Below, in pieces: positions 1 through 13,116 of a stretch of 64,000 bases of DNA. The stretch is taken from contig JAHLWZ010000530.1 of the NCBI GenBank assembly GCA_020536535.1, forward strand, positions 158,384 to 222,383, read 5' to 3'. Origin of the DNA: Pelomyxa schiedti (Eukaryota; Protista; Evosea). Under the pieces are notes generated by a model. The model did no database searches, had not been told where the DNA came from, and worked only from the letters and a program-made list of their open reading frames with translations. The position numbers were made by a program, and so were the translations under genes. Within the stretch, counting starts at the first letter, position 1; each line of letters opens with the position of its first letter.

Positions 1-976
1 TGAATATTTAAAAAAAATGACCCCGCTGCTCCAGAATAGCCATGAACTCAGTTGAGGATGTAGGATTCTCTCAGACTGCGTGTTGGTAATGGCGTAGGTC
101 TGTTGATTATTGTCGTCATTAGTTGAACGGAAAATGTGGCGAGGGTTGCGTATGATCAATGCAATCCGCGCCAACAGAAAATGTACACCAAGTTGGTTGG
201 TGTTTCCGGGTGCGTCATCCCGTTGAAGCAGTGGGAAGAGGAGACCATCATTGGGGCATCGAAACTTACTTCGACTTAGTCTTGGGAGAAGTCATGGACG
301 AAAAGGAATGTTCACAGAATTTTCGTACGAAAATTCCTTTCTGATTGGTTGTGCTTCAAGCTTTACGATAGTGGCCTACAGTCATATCTAGATCAAAGGG
401 CGGCTGTTTTTTTGGCCTGTCAAATTCCTGTAAAAACAGCCGCAACAACAACAGTACTCTGCCTCAGTCTGCAGCAACAGATTTGTCCAGTCTCCGTTTT
501 TTCAAAACGATCAGGAAAGGCTGTTGGTGTCGATGTGGGTGTCGGCACCCACGTATGTGTAGGTGTCGAGCGGCGGTGTTGGGAACAACAGCAGCAACAG
601 ACCGAGTGAAGGGGTGAAGGTTTACCCAACAGCGCCGGCGCCCACGCCATCAGCTGTGCCACTGAGGCCTACAGCGACGCCAGCCCCTCACCACCAGGGC
701 TGACCGGACTCCACGTAATACACCTGCACCTAAGACGCCGACGACGCCTACACCTACGCCAACACCGACGCCTTGCCTGCACTGAGGCCAACACAAACCC
801 ACACCAACACCCTCAGAATAACTTGCCCAACACTGACACAAACACACTGAAGAACACACAACACACAACACACACAACAAGAAACAAGAAACAAGAAACA
901 GAACCCACACTTAACCAGCACACTGTAAAAACAGCCCCCCAGCCACCCCTCAAGTTTTAATAAGGAAAAAAAAAAA

Positions 977-1004
977 TAAAACAGCCACCTGGGTGGCTGT
1001 TTTA
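977..1004. repeat. Perfect 13-bp inverted repeat with a 2-nt loop (TAAAACAGCCACC-TG-GGTGGCTGTTTTA)
   Basis: Read directly. A related AAAACAGC motif forms a second inverted pair at 400-411/432-443. Confidence 0.7.
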
Positions 1005-1639
1005 CCAATGGGGAAAAGCCATTGTTTTTTCACTGTTTTTAACAGGTTTGAGTCTGCAACATGTAGAAAAGGTGGGCAGTTGGTATTTCTAAGGGGAAAA
1101 TTTTTTTGTTTTGTGAAGAACATATGTGGACCCTTGTGAAAAAACAGCTGCCACCTCACACCAAACAAGTGCAAGGTAAATTTTTGTATTGTTACAGTGC
1201 ATTATCCTTGTGCAACCTTTCCTTTCTCTTTGATTACTTATCTCCAATTAGTTGTTTGTGTTTTTGGTTTGTTGGTGCCAAGCAGGAGATGGGGGGTGAG
1301 TGGAGGGGAGGGAGGAGAAGAAAGGTTGGTCTGAGCATCTTGGATGGCATTAATGTTGGGAGAGTTTGTGTGCACACTGTGTCTCAAGTCCTCCACCTTC
1401 TTTACCACTGTCTCAATGCCTTGGTTTTTCATTATGATTGCTGTTGATTTCTATGATAATGTTACAATCAACCTGTACCTTGCGCCTTTGCCCTGTGGTG
1501 TTGACAACAAAATTCACAGAAAAAAATTTATCCGTTTTTTCCCCAGGCCCCTCTGCCGAAAACCTACTGAAGGACCCGAAAACCTTCTTTCAGTAGACTT
1601 GACATTCAAGTAACTGTTGAGAATCCACTAAGCGTATGT

Positions 1640-3985
1640 ATGGCGTCAGTCTTGGCTGCCTGTGAGTACCAGCTCGGGGAACAGTACTACTGGGGAGACT
1701 TCGATATCCCACGAGATGCAGGCAAAGCGGTTGCTTTGTGGGTGCAGGCGGCGCGCCTCGGGTCGCCGTTGGCCATGGTTTCCCTGGGCTGGTGGTGCTA
1801 CCACCGCGGCGTCGGGGTCGGCCGCAATCCAGAGGCGGCCGCCGAGCTCTACGCCCACGCCGCCTCTCTTCCCACCTGCCCGCGGGCAGTGCACTGCCAA
1901 GCAACCGCCTGCCTCGGCGTGTGCTCCTTGCGGGGCGAAGGCGCGCCGAGGGACTGGGAGAAGGCCGCACAGCTGCTGCAGCGGGCTCACGAGAGCATGC
2001 AGCTGGTGGCCGAGCAACTGGGAAAGCCTGCCAGGGTGGACACACTTTGCTACGAGAGGCTGGCGCCTTGCAGGCACCTTGGGTGGTGCTACCTCTGCGG
2101 ATGCGGGGTGTCGCGGGACCCCGAGAGGGCAGTGTCTCTGTTCAATTATGGGCTCAGTTTTTCGTGGAAGGACTGGGGTTGTGCTATTTACCTCGCTCAT
2201 TGTTACGAAACTGGCGAGGGTGTTGCGAAGGACACTGGCAAAGCACAGGAGCTGTATGGCATGGCACTTAATGCCAAAGATAGTGCAAATCGTCCCATGC
2301 TGGGATTTGGCTCCCCGGAGGCTTTCGCGGAACTTGGATTGTACCTCCAGAAAGGTCTGTGTGTTGACCGAAATATTCTCAAAGCGTGTTCATTATTCGA
2401 GAAGGGTGCTATAGCTGGTGACCCTGTTGCAATGTTTCACCTTGCATTGTGTGAGACTACTCACAGACGAAGGAGATTTGACCTTCTTACACAGGCTTCC
2501 TCTCTTGGCCACAAACAATCCTCCCAAATTCTTGCAACCGAAAAGCCATATCCAATTTTACAAGCACTGGTACCTCCGGGCATAACGCCACTACAAGCTG
2601 TCAATCAACAGGCAGTATGTAACCATTATGCTGGCAAATATATTTAACAAGCAGTCAGGACGTAGAAGAATTAATCATAGAACTTACATCAAAGCTGGAA
2701 GAGGTGTGCTTGCATCTACAATGTATGTCATAAAGAAAAACCTCATCAGGACAGTATGCGTATTCGACAACTCCAAGAAGAGAATAAATTACTACGCTCT
2801 GATTATGCACGCTGTCAAGTTAGTCGACTAAGTCAACCCTGATGTCCTCACCCTAAAACACAGGAAGTTATTAACACGATGTCGTCACTTATTACTGCAG
2901 ACATTTCAGACTTCATTCCGCATGGCCTCCTTGGAATGGGAACAAACACTGCAGCATTTGAAGTGCACTTCAATATACCACTCCCTTTTGACATCAAACT
3001 CGGAATCACAACACTGGTCATGAAAGTTGTCTTCAACATGCGTAATACCAAAATTCCAGAGTACAAGATTCTTGCATCAATTCCACATCACCCTAATGTT
3101 ATTCACACACTTGGTGATATTGCCATCCCACGGTTGATACAATCATTGATATACACCAATAATATCGGCTTATAGGTTACCAAATGAGTTTATTGAAAAG
3201 CTAGAAGGACCCATTTTCCGCCGAATGGCACTTGACCCGTCTCTTGCGTTTCTCATGCCTTTCTGTGGGATCACTCTGTCAGCTTATTTATCTTCTGTAT
3301 CTCCGGTCAGTACAATTCACAATCTGATCCTGTACTCACTCTCAGCCTTGCAGACTAGACTCGCCAAAAAGGCCCAGAATATTTTTTTGCAAGGCACAAA
3401 AGCAATCCATCATATTGAAACCTTTTGGGTTGTGCACAGGTACGCCATCTAGCATATTTCTGTATTCACCCTCGCAGGGATATCAAGCAAAGCAACTTAT
3501 TGGTGGACCCAACAGGGAAACTCACCTTGATTGACTTTGGTGACGCGACTAAGTGCCTCAATGCTAACTTGGAGTCAGGGGTTTCTCCAACCACACAGTT
3601 TTGGGCCAACCCAGGGACAATGCCCCCAGAGCTCCACATGTTCATCAAGGCTCTCACCAACGACGTTTCCAGCCGTGGCATTTCCTCCAGCACCAGTAAC
3701 AAGTCCACCACGTTCTCATACTCCAAGTGTGACTCTTTTGCACTGGCCCTCACATTCTACAACACACTTCTTCCCGCTCACGCCAAGTTTATCGGCAGTG
3801 AAAAAAACTTCTCCATGAGCGACTTCACAACGGAGTCACTTGTGACGAATTTCCCACTGCCCGTCCCACAGGGTACACGTCTCACCGGTATACTCATTTC
3901 CATGCTGAACCCTGACAAAGGGCAACGAATGTCAGCTTCTGCAGCCATTGAAACAATCACTCGTGCAACAAAGAACCACCTTTGA
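1640..3985 (+). CDS. SEL1-like repeat protein with a C-terminal protein kinase domain (multi-exon)
   Basis: ORF 1640-2647 has SEL1 motifs (LGWWCYHRGVGVGRNPEAA, LAHCYETGEGVAKDTGKA). Downstream exons give GLLGMGTN, LVMK, HPNVI, HRDIKQSNLL, IDFG and GTMPPE. Stop at 3983-3985. Confidence 0.8.
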
Positions 3986-4124
3986 CTAGACTTGTTCCTT
4001 TGACACTTAGTTCTTTGCAAAAAAATTTGTTTTAAATAAATATATCACGCAAGTTACTGTAACACTCAGAACACAGAACCACAATCAACATGTGATGCTG
4101 GTGCTGTGGCAGGTTATATTACTC

Positions 4125-7100
4125 CTAGTGCCGTTTTTTGTTGCTCTTGGATGATGATGTATTAGTAGTGTGCTTGCTGCTGCTATCTGTTGTGCTGGTG
4201 GATGTAGTGGTGGATGTTGTTGTTTTTGTTGGTGAGGTGTTATTGTGGACCCCCTCTGATACAATCAGGGATGCCAGTTCTTGTTTTCCTTGGAGGCAGC
4301 TGTGGCTTTCAATACTGGGTGATGCGGAATGGAACGGGGCTATGAGAGGGTGTTGAAGCAAGTCTGTGGCGTAAGGCCGGGCGTTGGGATTCACTTCAAG
4401 GCATAAGTTCGAGAACGCCGATATAGAAGTGGACCAGAGTGATGGGTTCAGTGGTGGAGGGGACGTGTTTTGGGCCGCTATCAAGAGTAGGGCATTGAGC
4501 GGCGGGTGTTGGATGAAAGGTGGTGAACCATCAATCATTTCCATCACCATTATTCCGAGACTCCAGATGTCCACCTTTTTTGTGCATTCATTGTAAGGAG
4601 CATGCTTACGGATGTCAACCAAAATGCTATACCTTACAGTTGTATTCTTTTGTCTTGACAACTTCTGGTGCCATCCAATAGGGTGTGCCGACAATCTTGA
4701 AGAAAAAGGGATTAAAAATGCAATTGAGTGGGTAGACAAGTACTGAGTGCCGGACTGATTTGGAACTTGACAAAGTAGAAACATAACCAAAGTCACCAAT
4801 TTTACAGGTACCATCCCTTCCCAGAAGTGTGTTGTCGCTTTTTATATCTCTTTTTGATTATCTGTTAGTATAGTGTGTTTGCAGTGTAGTCTTGTACCTA
4901 TGAATTTTATTGTTGATGTGGAGATATTCCAGTGCTTTTAGTACACAGTAACATACATAACCTATTACACTTGTACTCAGTGGATAGTGATTCTCGATAA
5001 CATCAGTCAAAGTTCCGCCGTCCATGTACCTATTTTTCTTCAATCTTGACAATGGACTTGTTGGAGCGATATCAATTTCTGAACTTACTCCATTATAATG
5101 CGGATTTGGTCCCCCTTGGTGAAGCAGTCAATGAACTTCACGAGATTTGGGTGATGTGACGTTTTCATTGCAAATACTTCCATTGTTATCTATGGGCGTT
5201 AGAGTTCAGAGATAAGAAAAGAAGTTGAAGTACCTGCTTTCGATTTTTATCTGCTAGAGGTATCACCTTAATTGCAACTTTTTTCTTGGAAGCTTTGTGT
5301 AGTGCAGAGAATATCTATTCAAGTGAGCCTCGTTTGGCATAACGAATTGGGGAATTGTACCTTACCAGCAGAGCCTTCGCCTATCAATTTAACGTCACCG
5401 TACTCGGCCATTGTGGAAACTGCAGGTGCTAGATCTAGGATGTCAAGGGGGGTCTGTGCATGGCCTTTTAGCTCCACCGCTGTTGGTGGCGGGGAGGCAC
5501 TGGGTGTTTTCTCATTGGCGGCACTAGTTTTTCCATGTATAGTAAGCTCCCAATGCTTGGAGTCTTGAACACCAATTCCCCCTAGCAAGCCAGTAAAAAG
5601 AACGTCCAGCATGGCACCTCTCACGTAGTTGCTGGGGAAGCTTGGAGATTTTTCACTTGAGGCAGAGGTTTCCCCTTTAAGAGTCGTCGAACTGGGTGAC
5701 TTGGAAGTGGGTGGCTTGAACAGCTTTTTGGATATACTTCTTAAGAAACCATGCTGTGATTCATCGGGCTTGATGCTTGGGGTAGTTGATTCTGCAGGCT
5801 GTGGCACAGGTCGAATGATTCCCGGTGGCAATTCAGGCTGTGATGGCGGGGGAGAGATCGGGACTGGTGTTTGTTGTGGTAATTCTTTATCTTCTTTTTC
5901 CTCTTTGAAATTCCCCCAGCTCCGAGATCGATGATGGGATTTAGTCGAATTAGTTGGTGGTTGAAGATGATCCTTGTAAAAGTGAAAAAGAAAAATTACA
6001 GGCAGGTACCGTACCCCAGAGAGTCTCCGTTTTAGTAACTCGATCGTGGCATCTTGGTTGCTGATTTTCTCCTCCAAGATTTGGAGTCTTGAAGACATTG
6101 ACACCAATTGGCTAGAAAGCTTTTCGTGATCCTTGTATAAGATTAGTGGTTCGAGTGTTCCTAGTTTAATTGCATGACATACTTTGGCCTTTTGCTCAGC
6201 AATGTGCTTCTGTTGTTCTTTTATGGCTTGTTTTAATTTATTTTCTAAATCTTTTTGTATCTGTATGGGATTTTGAAGAGCGAATTGCTCGTTGGTAGCC
6301 AGTCCATTATCCTGGTTACTGTGAATAAAAAAAAACCACAAAATTTACAAGGAAACCGTTACTGTGTGCTCCCGAACGTTGTTCCCTTCATGTATTTCAT
6401 TCCCTTTAATACGTTGAGTCTGGGAAGTTAGTGACAAATTTGAAGCAGCGTGGATTGGTTCTAGATAGGCAGATTTCTTGGCCGTCAAGTTTTTTTGGGA
6501 GGGCAGAAGAATTTGAGATGATAATGTTGGAGAAGGGGAAGTGTGTGTTGGAAAGGCAAGATTGGATCGTGACTGGTGGGCTGATGGATCTTGAAGCTCC
6601 CACCCCGTTAAACTTCTTTGCAGTGAGGAAATATCCCCTTTTTCACATGTGAGTGAAGTAGATAAAAGTAAAGATAAGTGTTTACCAATGTTTGATGGTG
6701 AGTTACTAGGTGGGGCTCTGTGCTTTCTGTTGAAATCAGCTTCTCCGCATACTGAAATAGATCTCGTGAAGGCACCATAGTTGGCAACAACAGAAAGGTT
6801 ATCAGAACTTTTAATGGAAGGAAATCGAACTGCTGAATCCTAGCCATTAAAATGTTGGAAGAAGTATTTCAAAAGAATATCCTAATACCATGGGATAGGG
6901 GGTGTCGGGAAAATTGATTTCCATTTTGCTTTTTTTTTGTGTTAGTTTGAGAGAATTTCTTGAAGTAAGCTCACGAAGTTGTTAAAGATGTTCGTGGACA
7001 CGATTTAGACCTCATTCTAGCCTCAGCTAGTTTTTTAAAAAAGTTAACAAGTAACAACCAAATCAAAAAAAAAAAAAAAGTCACCTTGGGGTGAGGACAC

Positions 7101-8069
7101 ACGGTCTACCGGTGTTTGTGTAATCGAGATGGAGGGTACTGTACATTCCGTCATTTCAGGACTCGCTCTGGCAGGTGCGTCCTTAATGCACAAGTCAAAC
7201 CACAAGTGCGCCAAACCCTCAAGCAAGAGAAGGGATAATACCCGTGGGGAAGGCTGGCTGCAGTTGTGCCTGTGCTTCCCCCGTGGCGGCGACTCGGACG
7301 AGTGCTGCTGGCACGAGACGATGTGGTGCTCCAGCGCCGGGAACGGCTGCCTCGGGGGGGCATCCTCGTGGTGCCTCCGCGACTTCCTCTTGCGCTCCTG
7401 CTCCCCGCCCCCGCTGGCCCCGCCCGCCCCGCTGCTCCCGGGGAGCTGGTCGCCGGTGGGGCTCTGGTTCGAGGCAGAGGCGCCGCAGCCGCCGCCGCAT
7501 GTGCTGCCGTAGATCGCGGGGAAGTGCGTGGTCAGCTCGGACTCGTGGCGGCGGTGGAAGGTGGTGTGGGGCGAGGGCGAGCACGAGGAGGAGACCTCGG
7601 ACGAGGACGAGGAGCTGGGCAGCCGGGCCTTGGAGGGCGAGGGGCACGGGGACCGCGACCGCGACACGGACGGCGACAGCGCCGCGGGCACCGCCGAGCC
7701 GACGTCGTCCTCGCTCGAGGTGTCCTCGACGACGAGCACGGGGTTGTCGCTGCCGAGGTGGCTCACCGTCGACGATCTCACGGGCACCGAGGGCGTGGAC
7801 AACGACAAGGGGTTCCTGCTGCTACCTGCGCCGGGCACCACTGCGGCAACAGAAAGGCACGCCGAAGACTGGTTCTTTCTGAATTGTGGGTTGCTGTAGG
7901 ACTTCTTGTGCCCGCTGCCGTGTACCCTCTCGGTCGTTGGACTCCGGTGTCCCCTCGGCGATGATGTTGTTGGTGGTGTGTTGTTGCTGGCGTTGGTGAT
8001 ACTGAGACTGGTGCCGAGGCTACTGTTGGTTGTAGTTGTCGTTGTCGATACTTCCGGTGGACCGTCCAT
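4125..8069 (-). CDS. STE20/PAK-family Ser/Thr kinase with a long low-complexity and coiled-coil N-terminus (multi-exon)
   Basis: Motifs [64 protein letters not shown] and [21 protein letters not shown]. The start is placed at MDGPPEV (8069). The ATG at 8279 is an alternative, and joining all upstream exons into one gene is inferred. Confidence 0.8.
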
Positions 8070-8301
8070 CGTCAAATGGAGACGGTGGTCTTTGGTTTTC
8101 TCTGTTGATTTTCCCCTTGTGCACTTTCGTTGTTTATTGACGCTGTGGAAAAAACTGGGCGATAACAGATCAAAAAAAGTTTCCTTCCGTACCGCCGTTT
8201 TTGTTCCTTTCTTCTCGGTGGAGAGGCTGACCTGGGACATGGTTGTACTCTTTGGTGTTGGCGATTCCGTTTCTCCCATTATGGGATCATGCGACGCGGT
8301 G

Positions 8302-10054
8302 TTACGGTGAACTCCACAGGGGATCTATGCCTAACTCAAAGTAGGTGTTGAGCCACCCAGCTGTGGAAATGTGGGTGTTGGTTACAAGCTTCTGTACAAT
8401 GTGGGTGAGGTTGGGAATATCTCCCTTTGTGATTCCCAGGTTGACCACCAGCCACTTTACCACAGGAAGCTGCCCGTTTGCAATTGCACTTCGCAATCCA
8501 GGCCGCGAAATAACATCTGATTTGGTGCATCGCCGTTGTAAAACAATCAGTTTCACAGCTTCTAAGTGGCCTCCTGCACAAGCTGCCCACAACATTGCTG
8601 GAAAAACCTCTTCTCTGTTTGGATCCTTCATGTAGTTGGCAAGATACCACTGCACTGCATGTGTGAAACCATGCAATGCAGCGTTTATTACCCCTGAGCC
8701 TATTATAAAGTACCCTGGTGCATATGAATCAAACAGAGTCATCATATCAGGATTGTGCTGAGTACATGCAAGTCCAAACCATTGCCTAACAAAGCTAGAC
8801 TGAGAAAGTTCAGGAGATTGCTGTAGAGCAAGTGATAGTGCTTCTTTGGCGAGATTCAAATGCCCCCCCGAGATTGCCCCTCTAATAATTGCACAGTGGT
8901 AGTGTCTACAAGGGTGGAGCTCGAGTGATATTTTGTTGCTGAACCAGGAAATCAGTTCTCGGTCTCCCACTTTTCCAAGGCTCTCCAGTGCTGTTGAATG
9001 GCAAGTAACACTATCTTCAAACGGTTTCGAGGCAAACCAAAATATCAGGTCCCTGTTTCCTGTGCTGCAAACTGCGCTCAACAAATCAGAAGAGGTTTCC
9101 CAAACTGAAAATGAGTCAGCAAGCCATTTTGCAACTTCAAGATGTCCATTACGGCATGCAGATCGAAATGGTTCGTTTCTAAAGTATTGTACTTGATCTC
9201 TGCCGTAGTGAAAGTAACTTGCAATCCACTTGGCAACGGACAATTGCCCACTGGAGCATGCTCTGTTGAATACCAAGTTAAACAAATCCAATACATCTTC
9301 CATCCGGAGTGAAAACTTCCTCGCCATCCATTCTACAGTCTTCAGAGAGCCAGCTTCACTTGCACCAGCCAGAGAGTATAAAATCAGTCCCTTGTTACGG
9401 TGAGGCTGTGACGCCTCCAAAATCCATTCCAGGGTTTCTTTGTCTTGGCAGTTCTTGAAAGCTTCCATCAACACTTCTCCCCCATTGGCTTTTTTCTTGT
9501 ATGGCCTGTTGCTGAAGTCCATCACTTGTTCAATACAGTCATGCAGCTTGATGTGGAATTTTTTTGAGAACAATTTGGCAGCTTGTATGCGAACCCTCAT
9601 TACCGCGGTGACCATAAGGTGATATTCAGCTATTGTGGGGCATAGAACCGCTTTCCTAAGATGGTCATACAGCCCCTCACTGTGTGAAGTATAATTCTGC
9701 ATGGGGTTGAGTGGAACAAACAAAAAAGTGTCTAAGCAACATAGGGGGGAAAAAAACCCATTGATCTGTGTAAGTGACAGGCGGGTTGGTGGCGAACAGC
9801 AGTCTGGCTTGTTTGACAGAGGCCTCGCACAGCAACCAACTTACATCGCACAGAGTAACCAGTGCCTCAAACGAGTCGAGGATGGGCACTATGTGAGTTA
9901 CCAAAAAGCCGCAGGTTTTCACTGTATCTGCTATTTGTTGGCTCCTGCTGAGTGGGGCACAGCCTCCTTGCAGTGTTGTTGGCGCTGCTTCCTCTGTTGT
10001 TTTGTCACTGTGTTGCGGTATCGGTTTTTTCCCCCTCGACTCCTCACCGCCCAT
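8302..10054 (-). CDS. Ankyrin-repeat-like protein
   Basis: Repeated ACxxGxLxVAKWL motifs (RACSSGQLSVAKWIA, SACRNGHLEVAKWLA, AACAGGHLEAVKLI). The N-terminal exon lies in ORF 9677-10126, and the start is guessed at MGGEESRG. Confidence 0.7.
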
Positions 10055-10113
10055 TTTTTTATCCACCCGGGTCTCGTTTAACTTTGCCAAAGCAGTCCTT
10101 TTCTGCTCCTTTG

Positions 10114-10672
10114 ATGGGTGCGACAAACTACCGCCTCCCCACGGGCTTCACCTTCGTCGACGTGGCCCGCGAACGCTGCAGATACTACCTCGTGGACAGC
10201 GACTGCGTCGTGTGCAACCGCTCATGGATTGCAGCAGCAAGGTGGTCGAACAGGGTGGATATCTGGGAAGGGCGAGGAGGAGGGGGGAAGAGGAGCACGA
10301 CTCCTTGAGGGGGTCCGTCGTTCGGGATTCCAAGCAGACGACCGTTCATTCCCGGGAGTCACTGGGGCTGGATTCTTGTATCTTTTTAGCACTGTACTCC
10401 AGACTGTAACACTCACTTATGTGGACTTGCCCTGCTCCTCTTCTGGATTGCTTGTTGCTGTGAGTCCGCCACTAGTGTTTCACATGCCATTCAGGTCTAT
10501 ATACACCATAGGTGGTGCTATGTTTGCTGGAGGTGTCATTCTACTTTTACTTGGAACTGGGAAACCCAGTAAGAAAAGACTGTTGTTTACTCCACCAAAA
10601 CAAGGAAAGAAATGGAAAGGGGGAAAGGAATCACTCTCTTTAATAACCTATCTTCCACAAAACCTATTTTGA
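10114..10672 (+). pseudogene. Short or frameshifted hypothetical gene fragment
   Basis: Coding-like, GC-rich MGATNYRLPTGFTFVDVARERCRYYLVDSDCVVCNRSWI... stops at 10308 and continues plausibly in another frame to 10672. Confidence 0.3.
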
Positions 10673-10991
10673 CCCTCCCCCATATTATACATGCCAACTG
10701 CCTAACAAGGTTTTGCACATTGGAATCCAACACTCCCATTGCTAACAGTGCACATCACACACCCCCCAACACAGACAACAATTAGATTTTTTTAATGGTG
10801 CCAGCCACATCAACTTTCACATCTCACCATAAACTCCATGAACCAAAATAAATTGGTAAACACTCAAACTCTGGGGTTCTCACCCAGTTGGGGGACCCCC
10901 AGAGTTTCACTTTTACCGTGAAGTATTTTGACAGATGAACGAAAGCGTTTGGAAGTGTAAATTATTAAAACTACTAATTTAATCAGAGGCG

Positions 10992-13004
10992 ATGAGATCT
11001 GCCCTTTGTGCGGTTGGGCTTTGTTTGTGCTTGTGGCTGTCCGTGTGTGCAGGATCCGCCACAATTAATGCTGTTACGGACATTCCTGGTGTCGGTATGT
11101 CTCTTCTCCCCTTGGCCCACGGTCTGACCTTTTTTTTTTGTTAGACCCATCAGAGTACACTTTTTCAATGTACTCTGGATATGTTGGTGTTGGTGATGCT
11201 TCGCTTGGCCACAGATTGTTTTTTTACATTGTGGAGAGCCAGCGTGATCCTGCCAACGACCCAGTTATTGTAAAAATTGGTGGGGGGCCAGGTTGCTCAG
11301 CCGTTGGGGAGGGGTTCTTTGAAGTGGGACCCTTTGTAGCGGAGCCGGATGGCGAATCCCTCAGAGTTAATCAGTGGAGTTATAACACAGTTGCCAACGT
11401 ATGCTATAATAAAGGGTAGGATAAGTATTGTATTGAATTACGAGTAATAATTCTCCCCCTATTTTTATGTAACCTGCTCCATTAAGCTGATTTATTTGGA
11501 CTCTCCTTGTGGTACTGGCTTCAGCAAGGTACTTCCTCAATTATGTATTATTCAATCTAAAGTTCACAAGCCGACAATCGCTGGAAATATAGTCACTTCT
11601 GATAGCGTAGCTACCTCAGAAGCCTTTGATTTTCTGACCCAATTTTTTTCTGTTTTAAGACCCGATTGGATAACTAAGTATCATCCTTTCACTTAATATT
11701 AAGTTGTTAATCATTACAGTCCCCTTTGGTTAATTGGGGGGAGTTATTGTGGTCACTACCTTCCTCAGGTTCCCTTTTTTTCTTTTTTTTTTCTTCTTCT
11801 TTTCTACCACCCTTTTGCATCGCTAAATGGCTCCCAAGTTAGCCAACTACATCCTCGAACACAATGGAGAAAACGGGACAAAGTTAAATTTTGCCGGGTT
11901 AGTGAAGAGAGCTTTTTCTTTTTTGGCCAACCCACAACTATCAGATTTACACTTGGAAATCCTCTCACTGATTTAGCCTATGACCAGTTTGCTCAAATTG
12001 TTGTCGCACTTGACTTCACACTGTACCTAATGCTACTTTTCAGGATACTCTTTATACCCACACAATTATTTCCTCTCAGACATATAATTCGGCTGTAGCC
12101 AATTGTGATTTTTCCATCGAGGGATTACTGGTGCCGCCCCCTTTGAAGAGCAAATGCACAGTTGATAACCAACAATATATCAAGCTCTTAATCTCAAATA
12201 GGCAGCCCTTCTTTCTATAATGACTGAAATGGGGAATATCGATTCTTATGAACTCTATGGAAATCCTTGCACTGACAATGTACCTCTCATTCTAGATCTC
12301 ATTGATGAGCAAATTTATTCTAATAAGAGGTAATTTTTGCAGGAAACAATTTGGGCAAAACCTCAGCCATATTACCAACCCTGTATAGATTCTTTTGTTG
12401 AAGCTTGTAAGCTTACTGTTCTACAATTAATCTCTCAACTCAACTCTCCCCCAAGATATGAATAGAGCTGATGTGCAAAAAGCCTTCAACATTGATGGCA
12501 CTGTAGTTTTTTCACAGTGCAACATGGATGTATGCGACCCTCTTCTATTCCCTTATTAACACTCACCAAGACTTTCACTTTCTGGAATGCAGATGACTTT
12601 GCTCGCAGCATGCTCCCTCTGTGGGCCACTCTCCCGGAATCTGGAATCAACATTTTAGTTTATGGAGGCGACGTGGACGACGTGATACCAACCTCGGGAA
12701 CTAGAGCCTGGGTTGATGGCCTAGCACTTCCGGAGGTATCTAGCTGGAAGCCATGGCTAGTTGAGGGTTTGGTGAGTAAATGCCTATTCCGTCTTGTTGC
12801 CATTTGGTTTACACTGATGGAAGGTTTCTGGTTACTCACACCACTACCAAGGCCTTACATTCGCCACAGTGAAAAATGCAGGGTACACGATCTCCACCCA
12901 TTTCAACCACCTAATTTAAAGCACAACACAGGCACATGGTTGCGTACTGCCAACCCAAAACCACATTCCACATGTGGAGCAACTTCATAGCCGGCCAGTT
13001 CTAA
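10992..13004 (+). CDS. Serine carboxypeptidase, peptidase family S10 (secreted, multi-exon)
   Basis: Signal peptide MRSALCAVGLCLCLWLSVCAG, then YSGYVGV, LFFYIVESQRDPANDP, GGGPGCS, NQWSYNTVAN and LDSPCGTGFS. Catalytic motifs GGSYCGHY, YGGDVDDVIP and AGHMV. Confidence 0.92.
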
Positions 13005-13116
13005 GTTTACCTACACAATCCACATCACCCAAAAGAGGGAAAAAAAAACGAACAGGGAAGCAGGCCTTTTTTTGTTTGTTTCTTTTTTGTTCTTGTGAAA
13101 CCTGGAGCTTTTTGGG

